Source of the DNA: Takakia lepidozioides
Lineage: Eukaryota > Plantae > Bryophyta
Assembly: GCA_030704615.1 (NCBI GenBank)
Contig: CM060732.1
Span: 12,462,001-12,526,000 of the forward strand
Reading direction: 5' to 3'
DNA: 64,000 nucleotides
In this document: positions 53,691 through 64,000 of the stretch, piece by piece
Layout of the letters: the number at the start of each line of letters is the position of its first letter
Position numbering within the stretch: the stretch's first letter is position 1
The notes under the pieces: model-generated
Told to the model about the DNA's origin: nothing
What the model saw: only the letters and a program-made list of their open reading frames with translations
Databases searched by the model: none
Made by a program: the position numbers and the translations under genes

Positions 53691-54315
53691 TCAACCTTGC
53701 GTTGACGCAATGTTGATTCGAGCAGAAATGGGGAACACCAAATGATAATGTTGTATTGATAGAGACAACGACTGAGAAGCGCAATTCAACATTGCTTCAA
53801 CGCAAGGTTGTTTTCATTCACAGAGGAAATGGAAAACACTGCCTGAAAACTACCATCTGACTATGTACTGGTGCGGATATTCAACATTGCGTTGGCGCAA
53901 TGTTGAAATCCTCTGTTGAAACACATGTCAATGCTATCTGATAATCATAAGTTTCCTACAATTGTATGGAAATCGGGGGATGGCTGCGGGAAATTTCCAG
54001 CAATCCATACCGCCAAACAACCTTGCGTCAACGCAAGTCTGTTTGTTGGTACAGTGAAAGTTGTAAATAGCATTTCAAACTGACTCCAAACAGTCTTATG
54101 TTCATCTTGGCAGCATTGGAACTGGATTTGAACTACCCAAAACCACAGGAAAAGCTACATAGCCTGCCACTTCATCAACCTTGCGTTGACGCAAGGCTGA
54201 ATTTCCTGTCAGTTTATCCCCTTTCACATTCAGAAAAACGGCATTATGGGATACCCAGGTATAGGTAAGTGAAACCAGGACAATGGGAAACAACCTTGCG
54301 TTAACGCAATGTTGC
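53691..54315. repeat. Array of six ~26 bp palindromes TCAACMTTGCGT-YR-ACGCAAKGTTGA in intron 5 of ParB-MTase copy 2
   Basis: Copies start at 53691, 53786, 53881, 54017, 54175 and 54290. Confidence 0.93.
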
Positions 54316-56100
54316 TCGACTGCACATGCAGAGCCCTCAGAGATCTCGCAAAGCACTGCAAATTCGCAATTCTTTATGGAAAGAACGACACAAGATTGCA
54401 GAAACATGCCCTTCAAGCACCAAATTTGATTCAAGGAGGTCACACCTGTACAACACTCGCTTCATTGCTTGCTCGCTGTTGTACTGGTTTTTGAATTCGT
54501 AAGACCTGGAGATTCCTTTGTCTTTCTCAAACTCCCTGAAGAAGCAGTTGTTCCAGACAGCGAGCTTCCATCTCTTGATATAGGCCTCCAGTGTGATCCG
54601 GGGGCAAGCCATCTGGATTTTGTAGTCTGCCATCGACTCAGCAAGTGCAGCCACTGCACGTTTTTCTAACTGCAACAAGAAAGCTCGTAAGAATTTGGGA
54701 GAGGTTACGGAGCAACACAAATGTCTGAAAATGGTTTGGTGGAAACCTTACCTGGCTCCAGAATGTGGCTTTGTGTAGCCACTGGTCGAATGTGTGGTCG
54801 CTAACAACTCTTATTGCTTGTGTCTTCGGGTCCCTCTCTGGAGTTGGGAACATGTTCGTGTCTCTCACAAGAGGATCTGAATTCCATATCTCCAACCACC
54901 TGATTTTGGTTGCATTGTCCACCATTGAAATGGAAAGGCGATGTAGTTTCTCTTGAGTCATTTCTGGCTTGGAGCCATACTTGTCATAGTGTGCTTTCAC
55001 CTGCTCCAGAAATTCCGTGCCAAGACTTGGGTCTGCTATCCGGATCTGTTTGTCGAATGCACTCATGAGGTTCTTCCTTTGATTATTCATCTCGAACTTC
55101 ATCATGTCCTCAAGCCCAGTTGCAGACCGCTGCTCTTCTGTGTGGGAATCATAGTACTCTGCTTTCGCCTTCAATCCAGTTTCTGCTATTTCTTGCTGCA
55201 TACATTACAGGTAAAAAGAATCAAACACTGGAATTTCTTCACAAAATTTGCAGTAACAAACAGGTGTCAAAAAGCTTACAGTGTACATGTAGTCAAGAAA
55301 AGCCTCCCTTGTCAAGCTGTACCATGTGCTTGTCTTCTTCTCAGCACAGATTGGTCGTCACATGAGATGTTTCATTGGACCTGGAAAAACCTTCAACTCA
55401 TAAGATGATTTCAAATTGTTGAAACAAGGAACAGACACAAAGTTGGAAACTTACTTGTTTATGTCGTGCATGGCTGTCAAGAGCTGCGTGACACGTCCTT
55501 TGTGATTGAGAACCATGGAAACCACGCTCCAGTGCCATTCGATGTCGTCCGAGTGCAAGCTTGAAATGTAATCCATCCAGGCAAGCAGTCTGTGGTTCCC
55601 ATCCCAGACAAAAAACATCTTTCCCATGAATGCTTTTGTGGAGGCCTTTTTGGACAGCTTAAACTCGAACTCCCTGTTTACATCCCGCCAGCATGCATCC
55701 CAACCTTGCTCAATGTCCTCTGTTACAAGACACTCCTCTCCTTTCGTGTTCATAGTGGATACGTAGAACACTGCTCATCCCTTGACATAGCCGTGAACAA
55801 AGTCGTTCTTCAACTTCGTTATATCATTCCTCAATGTCGGTCGAACAGCGGGCATGGAGATCATCCTGCACAGCGGAATGACCAGGTTTCCGCCGGGAAC
55901 CTCCATCGACAGAATCACCTTCGACGAGTTCACTTTTTGCCCACCCATTATCTCCTCGGCCTTGTCTTCATAGTTTCCCTCCAATGAGTCTTCCTCACCT
56001 TCACCTTCTGACGCGGCCAAATCTTCCCCCTCGGATTTCCTTTTTCTTTTCCTCTGCACAGAATGAATTCTCTGTGAGTGACAGATTGAGCACCCATGGA

Positions 56101-56548
56101 TCAACCTTGCTTTGACGCAAGGTTGATTGATGGGGATGTAGTTTAGACTGAAAGGCATACAGGAAAAACTTTTGAAGCAAAAAAATGCTTTGCGTTGACG
56201 CAGGGTTCTTTTGGGAGCTTCAACTAATCAACTTTCCCTACCTTACAGTTCAGGGTATGAGAGATCGGACGCTTCCATTGAAAAAAAAAATCATCAAAAC
56301 CAGCCTTGCGTCAACGCAATGTTGATTCCTGTGCGGCATCTGTTCGTTTCACTAGAAGTTCTAACATAAAAACTACAGGAAAAGGAGATTGTTGTCTCTG
56401 CTTCTTCTTCGAACTTGATGATGCGTCGCAAGCATCCATGTCTGTCTAGCTTGATTGTAGTGCAACATCTGCACTGTTTTGATGCCCAATATATACACTT
56501 AGGAGGTCGACTTCAACCTTGCGTTGACGCAAGGTTGATGTCGACCTC
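56101..56548. repeat. Four copies of the same palindrome in intron 1 of ParB-MTase copy 2
   Basis: Copies at 56101, ~56184, 56300 and 56513. The last extends to a 46 bp hairpin GAGGTCGAC...GTCGACCTC (56503-56548). Confidence 0.9.
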
Positions 56549-57419
56549 AATGCTTAGCAAGAACCAGACAGAATCAGAGAGAGAGAAAGAGAGTTCATAG
56601 CCACCTCCGGTTTCTTCTTTGCACTTGATGATGCTCCTGACGCATTCAATCTTTCCATGTGGTCTGGAGGTAGCATGCTTCCAAGGAGGTCCCGATGGTG
56701 CGAAACAAGGGCAGACGGCATCGTTTCTGCGTCCGTTTGTTCTCCCTGCTCTTTGAAGACCTGTTTCTCTACTCGCAGTGCTTTCTCCCGAGCCCAGCTC
56801 ACTTCCTCGTCCTCCCCCCCTTCTATTGGAGGTTGCTCATCGGTCACCTCCGGGATCACTTCAAGACCTTCCTCTCCACACTGTGGTTGCAGAATCCTGT
56901 TTTGCCCTTCGTCTTCCTCTACGCCGGATGTTTCTTCTCCCATTCTAAGTTCCCGTCTGGCCTTCCTCATCCTCTCCTTAGCGCGTGCCCTTTGCTTGTT
57001 TGATGTGAAATAAAGTGTTCTTCGACGCTTGCTTCTCCCTTGGAATGGGGTCACCGTCTCTGCAGAATCCAGGGTTGCAAAGACAATAAGGAGAAGAGGG
57101 AAAAAAGAGGACTATCGGAGGTTCATCGCAAGGCCTTCAACGCCAAGATGTTCGCTCGCAACGTTCAGTGCGCCACTGACTCATTCCACATGCATGGCGA
57201 ACACGTGTCCATCTAATCGTTATGAAATATCGGCGGAGATCATTGGATCCTCATCCATCCAAAAATCGTTGGGGTCTAATCACCTCTCATCTGAAAAAGT
57301 TCATTATTGGGCAATTTATTCTATTAATCGGATGTATACAAAGTACATCATGAGAATATCTACAATGTCCCTCTACGCGATCCCTGTCTCAAAGGAACCC
57401 TATTTCTATCAAACACATC

Positions 57420-59145
57420 CTACTCATGTTGTAATCGGAGGTCCCAATCATCCCGGGAGAACTCGTATGAGGCAAATAGCTCACTGCCAGCCCTAATAGT
57501 CCTACTAGCACATGTCATGACAAACATGTGCATCCCCTCACAATATACCGACATATGACCACAAAAGCTCTCATGCCCATCGCTTCACTCGTCCCATACT
57601 ACATTGGTTCTCCTAGGATGACCAAAAGAATTGTTGATGAGCCCAGCAACATTGCCGAAGATATCGCGGTCACCATCACAAAATCTAATCTCAATGAGAG
57701 ACAACCCCCGTCTACGTACATCCTGTCCGTTGACACACAAAATGTAGGGTAGGATGTATGGGGCTTCGAGGCGTAATGTACGGAACTCCCCGGAGGTGCA
57801 GTATGGACTGTAGTAGGGAAACAAGTCCACCATGCTGTTTCTCCGAGGAGGAACCACAATATCATTGACCGTGAATAAACCCCGACCCATAGCAGGATTA
57901 GTAGCGGCTCTCACAACATACCGTCTACCCCAATACTCGAACTCCACATTCTCTCGGATAGGGGTAGGAGGGTCGAGATGATTCCCCCCAGCAACGAGGC
58001 TGGACGGTCCTCAGTAACATAGTCCTATGCGCTTCCCATCGGGGGCGAGGATTCGGCTCAGGCCGCCCAAGCCAAAGGGGAGGAAACCTAGGGCGAAGCC
58101 GACCCCTCATAGGGGTTCGGGGGGCACATGCACGTGGAGGTGGAGGTGGAGGTGGAGGTGGAGATATAACTGCTGGTGGAGGAGATGAAAGTGGAGGTGG
58201 TTGAGGATGTAATGCCGGAGGCACAGCCTGGGGTACAACGTCCGGATCAGGTACTACTGGAGGTGGATCAAGCAAAGAAACAGACCGGGGGGGGGGGGGG
58301 GGGGGGGCACAATCGGCCTGCAAGCTGCTACTGCATGTACGGCGGGGAGAATCATTAGATGAGGACACTGGATCAGGGGGACCGCCTGAGGAAACCGGAG
58401 GGGGGGGGGGGTGGGCCTGCTCGCCGCCAGCCATAACGCCTGCGACACCTACGATACCCCTCAATCCTACGCATCTCATCTACGTGGTGCTGGGGGAACC
58501 AACTGGTCACATCGGGCACAGACTTTGGCACAAATTCTGCAAGTAGACCGGCGCGAAATGCCTCCCGTGCAATGTGATTGCGAGCTTGGGCATCAAGTCG
58601 TGGCTGCAATATGCGTAGTATACGACGCACCAATACTTATATCATAATTTGGTTTCATGTATGCTTACCAATCATACTATATTATTAGATATACCAAATG
58701 TACTATGAATGAAGGTTAATGAGAGGTGGTGGAAAAAGACTCACCTTTGCCGCATCAGCAATCAAGTTCCTCGCGTAATGTTTTTCGACAATATGCGGTC
58801 GACGCCTCGGTGGTCTGGTGCCGCCTGGCGGTATCCGTGCCCAACACTTAGTGCACCAATACTCAATCTTGTCGGGGGGGGGGGGGTCAAAGGTGGACGT
58901 GCGTGGGTGTTGTGCCTCTGGACTAGCAGGGCTCTCACCACTGGGTGGTCCGCAAGGGGGCAACCCGCGGCGCGCCCGACTCGATCCCGGAGTGTCAACA
59001 TCCTCCGCATCACTTGAAATTTGATCCCGGTCCTTTCTACGATTGTGTCCGCCAGCCTATATTGGATCAGGTGCAATGGGTCGCTCCTGACCAGGAAACA
59101 CGGTTGGAATTGGGCCCCATTCGATCTGTGGCACCGCCTGCCCAT
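57420..59145 (-). pseudogene. SET-domain protein (lysine methyltransferase-like) with CxxC and Pro-rich N-terminal region; premature stop
   Basis: MGRGLFTVNDI...LFPYY...DG...GNVAGLINNS...NVVW, continuing in frame past TGA 57585-57587 as ...CASRTIRAGSELFASYEF to TAG 57420-57422. Upstream frameshifted Pro-rich segment and YWCTKCW; probable intron ~58640-58745. The 5' end is uncertain. Confidence 0.8.
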
Positions 59146-59199
59146 CCTCGAGGGAGACGGGTCGATGTTTCCTCACCATCGCATCCTAATTAACACACA

Positions 59200-59992
59200 C
59201 CCCCCACTTTCATTTCTCAAAACCCGTTGGCAGAAAAAACCCTATGTCCCTTTTCTACCCTACGACAGCAAGGGGTCGCTACGCCCCAACGCCGGGAGGC
59301 CGTAGCGACCCTCACAAATTCAAACTCCAAAACCCAATATCAAAAAAATACTATAAAAAAAAAAAAATCCCAAAAAGACCAGTCCCACATTGCCCAAGGG
59401 CCTGAGCCTTTGCCTCAGCCTCAGGAATTTCAAAATTGATAAACAAAGGCGGAGCATCCATCTGGTGAGAAAACCCAAGACAATAAATCCTTCCTCACGT
59501 TGTGTCTTCGGGTTGCCCACATCATGGAAAAATTTACTGAGACCCAGCGCTTGCGCTTATTAGATTGAATCACTTTTTGGATGTGTGAATGCATCCTAAT
59601 TACATCGTTTATCCTTTGAACCCCAAGACCCACAACCAAAACCTAGCACCATAAAGAAAAACAAACACCCTAGCCCAGAACCATAAGGGAACCAAAAAAA
59701 CAAAAAAACAAATCCCTAAAAACCCTTTAAACCCCAAAAGGCCCTAAACCCTAAACCTACAAAGTAACCCCCTGTTGCCCAGCTAACAAGGGGGAGGTTG
59801 GGGTTGCCACCCCCTGCCGTCGGTCATTGCCACGCCGCGGCTTCGCATCTTGCGACGCGTTTTTTTGTTGTTGCCACGCAGGGGGGTTGTAAGCTGCGAC
59901 GACCGGCCGTGGCAACCCCCATTTTCAAATTTAAAATAGGGCACGGCGCCGGCGTGCCACGGCCGGGCGTGCCATTTTGTTTTTCCTAAGTG
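59200..59992. mobile_element. CACTA-like terminus (CACTT variant) with GCGAC/GCCAC/GGCAC subterminal repeats
   Basis: Ends ...GTGCCATTTTGTTTTTCCTAAGTG (reverse complement CACTTAGGAAAAAC). Its organisation resembles 14480-15294. Matching left TIR not found. Confidence 0.55.
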
Positions 59993-60879
59993 CTTGAAGC
60001 GCCTGCTCTCTCCCCCCCCCCGGTTTTCGTTTGCTCTTTAGGAGAGAGAGAGGTGGGACTGTGTGGCTTAGGGTAGAGGAAGCTTACCTGCAGAGGTAGC
60101 CTCGGGTGGTCGCAACACGGAGACGAACTCGCCCCAAACTGCTGCTGCCGCTCCAACGCCGCGCCTCACAGATATGTTTTGCCTCCTTCCTCTCTTTCTC
60201 TCTTTCTCTCTTGCTAACCTCTTTCTCTCCTGTGTGGTAGAAACGCCATGGATAGGCGTCCGCAAAGGAAGCGGAAGGAGAGAGGGCGTGGGGGAGAGAG
60301 CGCTGCAGCGGCGGGGAGACGCGCCGTTTGCAGCAGCCACAGCGCCGAAGCAGCAAAGGTAGGTTTTCTTTTCTCCCTCTCCCTCTCTAGTTAGTTCTTT
60401 ATTGTGGTGAGTGAAAAAAAAGAGGGAGAGAGAGGGAAAGAGGGGAAAGAGAGGGAGAGGGACAGAGGGATAGAAAAGAGAGTGAAGGAGAGAGAGGGAG
60501 AGACAAGGAAAAAAAAAAAAAAGAAGGTGGGGGGGGGGAGTGACTGAAGAGCTGCTGCTACTCAGTCACCCCCCCCCCCCCACACCTTCTTTTTTGTTTG
60601 TCTTGCATCCTCTCTGGTGGGGGGGGGGAGCTGAGAGCAGCAGCAAGTGCTGCTGCTCTCAGCCCCCCACATGCATTGTTTTTTTTTTTGGCTTTGCTGG
60701 CTCTCTCTCTCCCCCACTCTCCATCTCTCTCCCTCTCTTCTGTCCCCTCTGTCTCCCCGCTCAGCAGCAGCAGCTGCTCAGTCAGTCCCCCCCCCACCTT
60801 CCATTTTTTTTTTTGTTGCCCTCTCTCTCCCTCTCTCTCCCTCCCTCCTTGGAATTGGCCAGTTTTATCAATGTTGTTT

Positions 60880-61522
60880 TCCTGTTTTTCCATCTATACC
60901 GGATGGACTCTAAACAGTGTTTTCACCCGCCCTATAACGATTTTTTATCCATACCGGATGAGTTGCCTGGGTGGACACTAAATTACCTCTAAACTGGGTC
61001 TATGATTTTTTCATTCTTCTTTTATTGACTTTCATCCATATCAGATGAGTCACCAGAGAATGAGGAATTACCTCTGTAGGGATTGACACTGGCATCCTAT
61101 AAAAAAATAAATTCCATCCATACCGGATGAAAAAAATACCAGGATATTAATTCGTTTATTCCTCTTTTACGGTTTTTTTCCGTACTGGATGAGGCATTTT
61201 TTTTGGGGATGTTGAATTACCTGTTAGGATGTGAAACCGTTGCATTGGATGTTATGTACCGTTTTTCCATCCTACTGACGAACCTTCTCCAACTGGATGA
61301 ACTTATTGACTTTTTCATCTGAACCGGATGAAATATGCAGCCTATGATGGCCCTGGACTGTTGTTTAATTACCCTTAATTATGGCTAATTAAGGAGTGAA
61401 ACCCTAACCCCTACCCTATAACCTACTGTTTAAACCTAGCTAACGGATGACATCCGTCGGGTTTCGAAAAAAGTGGTGTTGATTACTCATCCTGCACGGA
61501 TGAAAAATCGGGCATGGCCCTA
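60880..61522. mobile_element. hAT-like non-autonomous element end with GGATGA/TCATCC subterminal repeats
   Basis: Many CCGGATGA/TTCATCC motifs. Terminus reads TAGGGCCATGCCCG on the minus strand at 61522. Confidence 0.5.
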
Positions 61523-62619
61523 GGTTGTTTCTCCCGCCGTCAGCAGCACTCCTCGTGCTTCTGAGCTCGCGGGATGAGAGTTATGGCGTTTCCGTTTTGC
61601 TTCTACCCTGTCTGCTGCTTCGTACCCATGCTGGACGAGCTCCTGGGGATGCGCAATGGCGGCGTTTTGTCTCTTCTCACAGGCGGGAGACAATGCTGTG
61701 AATGCATCGTCTCTTTCCCTCCACAGGCTTTTATGTTTCGCAGTGGCGCTTGTGTTGGGAAGTATCTCTCTCTCCCTTCTTAAACCTGGCAAGGATGCTT
61801 GTATGCTTCACTTCTCCTTAGCTGTGCTGGAGGTGGCTTGCTGGTGGCGATGGCGCACAGTTATCTTCCCCAATCGCTCAAGGTGCTTTTGGTGATTAGG
61901 GTTCCTTTTACTTTATGTCTTTCTCTCTTGTTTTTGAGGTTCTTAGTTGACATCGATGACAAGTGTAGGGGTCTGTGATTCACCTGGGGTTCCACAATCC
62001 TCACTGGTTTTTGTGGAGGCTTGTGATGGACCAGATGAGGATCCCTACTTGCTTTGAATTCTCTTGAGCTTGTAGATAAAGATATGGGCAAAGGGAACCT
62101 GTTCTGTATGGCGTCATGACTTGGCTGCTGCCTGCAGCCCCGATTTTGGCTGGCTTGCTCCTGGTTTGGCATGCTGATGCTTACTTTTGCCTTATGTTTT
62201 GTTGCCTTTAATGGAGCACTTCGACCTGGCAGGCTTGTCTCTTGAAGCCCAACATCTGGACCTTACCTTGTCTTGAATCTTTGACAACATTGCCTGTGGA
62301 TTTTTAAACTAGGTACAGTTTTGGCCTTAAAAGAGGAATGATGGTTTATGGGTAAAGGCATCAGTGGCTATTAGGTTCTAAGGATCAAGATGAGGCCCTG
62401 TTTTTAAAGATGGCAGCCTGATAAGGCAATGACAGGCCTCTTTCAGGCCTGGATTTGATGTGGAATGGAACATAGTGAGGTTTTATTTGCAAAACAAGGC
62501 ATTAACCTCTTGGAAAACAATGGTGGTAAGCTCTACTGGACTTTTGTCAGTGATTATTTGCTTTTTTTGCCATCAGACCAGCCACCTGCAATGTATGATT
62601 TAATTTTTGGCCAAGTGGG

Positions 62620-63480
62620 CTTGGTCTCGGGCACTCAAAGTGTATGTGTGTCCATATCTTGAAGCTGTAACATGGCAGGCCTTTCTTCCATGCCAAAATG
62701 CCTTACACGATGTATATCTTGGGGCAACTGTACATGGTGTAGAATGAAGTTGCAGTCTGTCTTGTCATGCCCAAGTGGGTCACTTGGTTGCATGTTTGGA
62801 GTCTGATAAACTGCAGGCTAGTCCATCGAGATGCTTGTGTACACATGTCTTGAATCTGTACAATGGCAGGCTGTTCTTACCTACCCAAGAGGCCTTGCAC
62901 GATGCATGTCTTGGGGTACTTACATTTGGCCAAGTGTGAAGCTGCAATATGTTTTGTCATGCCCAAGAAGTTTACTTGGTTGCATGCCTGAAATGTAATT
63001 AATTGTAGGCTGGTCCTTCAAGGTACTTGTATGAACATATCCTGGATCTGTAGTAGGACAGGCTGTTCTTACCTACCCAAGGAGCCTTGCATGATGCATG
63101 TCTTGGGGTACTTACAAATGGCAAAGAGCGAAGCTGCAACATATTTTGTCATGCCTAAGGAGTTTACTTGGTTGCATGTTTGAAATCTGGTAAATTGCAG
63201 GCTGGTCCTTCAAGGTGCTTGTATGTACATACCCTGAATCTGTTATAGGACAGGATGTTCTTACCTACCCATGGAGCCTTGCATGGTGCATGTCTTGGGT
63301 CACTTCAAGGTACCTGTGTATACATATCTTGGATCTGTAATGTGGCAAGTAGTGCTTATATGCCCAAGATATCTTGCATGATGCATATCTTATGGATAAC
63401 TATGGATGATATAATCTGAGGCTGCAATCTGACTTATATTGTGCAAGAGGGTCACTTGGGTACATGACAGGAATCTGATT
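62620..63480. repeat. Diverged ~190 bp tandem repeat, about 4.5 copies
   Basis: GGCAGGC/GGACAGG..GTTCTTACCTACCCA anchors recur near 62674, 62865, 63056 and 63248. Confidence 0.85.
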
Positions 63481-63719
63481 ATGAATATACCCCGCCCTCC
63501 CACCCTCTTTAATCATGACTGAACGGGTGTCGTCACTTGGTGTGCTATGACAAGACTGGAGGTGTTAGATGGTGCCCTGTCATGGGCTGTTTATGTCTTT
63601 AATTGACATTGACCCTAGTAGGGTCTTGTCCATGTCTTGACATGACATGAATATCTTCCCTCTCTCCCTCTCCCTCTATAACTCTTTGGATCTCATCTGG
63701 CCTTAACATTTTTAATGCT

Positions 63720-63950
63720 GGTTATTTGGTTTTTCATCCCAATTCCCTTTTCATCCAAAACTGGATGAAGTTTTTGAAGGATGATGACCCTTACTGTGCA
63801 GATTTTGGTTTTTCATCCTAATCTCTTTTCTCATCCAAATCTGGATGAAATTATTAGGATGATGACCCTTACTGTGCAGAAATCTTGGTTTATCATTTGT
63901 TTTCTCTTTTTTCATCCAAACTGGTTGAATTCCATGGATGATGGCGACCT
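63720..63950. repeat. ~80 bp tandem repeat with TCATCC/GGATGA motifs
   Basis: GGATGATGACCCTTACTGTGCAGA at ~63779 and ~63857; TCATCCAAA.CTGG repeated three times. Confidence 0.8.
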
Positions 63951-64000
63951 ATTTTAATCCAAGAGATAGTAATTTTACCATCATGTATTATAAATGATGG

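Larger units (their letters stand above)
51834..57054 (-). pseudogene. 9-exon ParB/Srx-like + beta-class DNA amino-methyltransferase-like gene (copy 2), decayed
   Basis: Exons ~57054-56605, 56053-55455, 55380-55280, 55195-54752, 54669-54446, 53567-52965, 52834-52496, 52396-52114, 52027-51834. All eight introns match copy 1 in position and phase. Motifs FFVWDGNHRLLAW, DLVVLDIPDG, GAREKSPAFM, RVVDLSMGTG, GRHFFGMEAD. Lesions: in-frame TGA 55775-55777, deletion in exon 3, frameshift near 53476. Confidence 0.85.

Noticed and set aside
55775-57587. In-frame TGA codons in copy 2 and the SET gene as possible recoding or U-to-C editing sites
   Set aside because: These are nuclear genes with other frameshifts and deletions; ordinary mutation such as CGA>TGA explains them.
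59742-59757. CCCTAAACCCTAAACC telomere-like/telo-box motif
   Set aside because: Only two units within an A/C-rich transposon end; not enough to call a feature.

Overview
Eukaryotic nuclear DNA from a land plant, most likely a non-seed plant (inferred from PLS/DYW-class PPR genes, GT-AG introns and plant-type LTR and DNA transposons). Host genes: an intact PPR-DYW editing-factor gene with spliced OSB-type PDF-motif exons (24580-28030), a truncated paralogue (31782-33835), an atypical OVATE-family gene (36035-38465, minus) and a NAF1 fragment. Most of the rest is transposon-derived: two Ty3/gypsy pol fragments, a solo LTR, a Ty1/copia element with TSD, hAT/MITE remnants, CACTA termini and a CACTA transposase. 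The main observation is two diverged copies of a 9-exon gene fusing a ParB/Srx-like domain (DGNHR) to a beta-class N4C/N6A DNA amino-methyltransferase-like domain. Copy 1 (5757-11587, +) lies head-to-head with a GCM-DDE-SWIM Mutator-like transposase inside a ~13.4 kb TIR-bounded element. Copy 2 (51834-57054, -) lies between a CACTA transposase and a SET-domain gene. In both copies the same two introns (1 and 5) hold arrays of 22-26 bp palindromes sharing a CGT-YR-ACG core but with copy-specific arms. This suggests a transposon-borne epigenetic writer with co-evolving, self-encoded parS-like sites. Both copies carry frameshifts or stops, so function is inferred, not shown.
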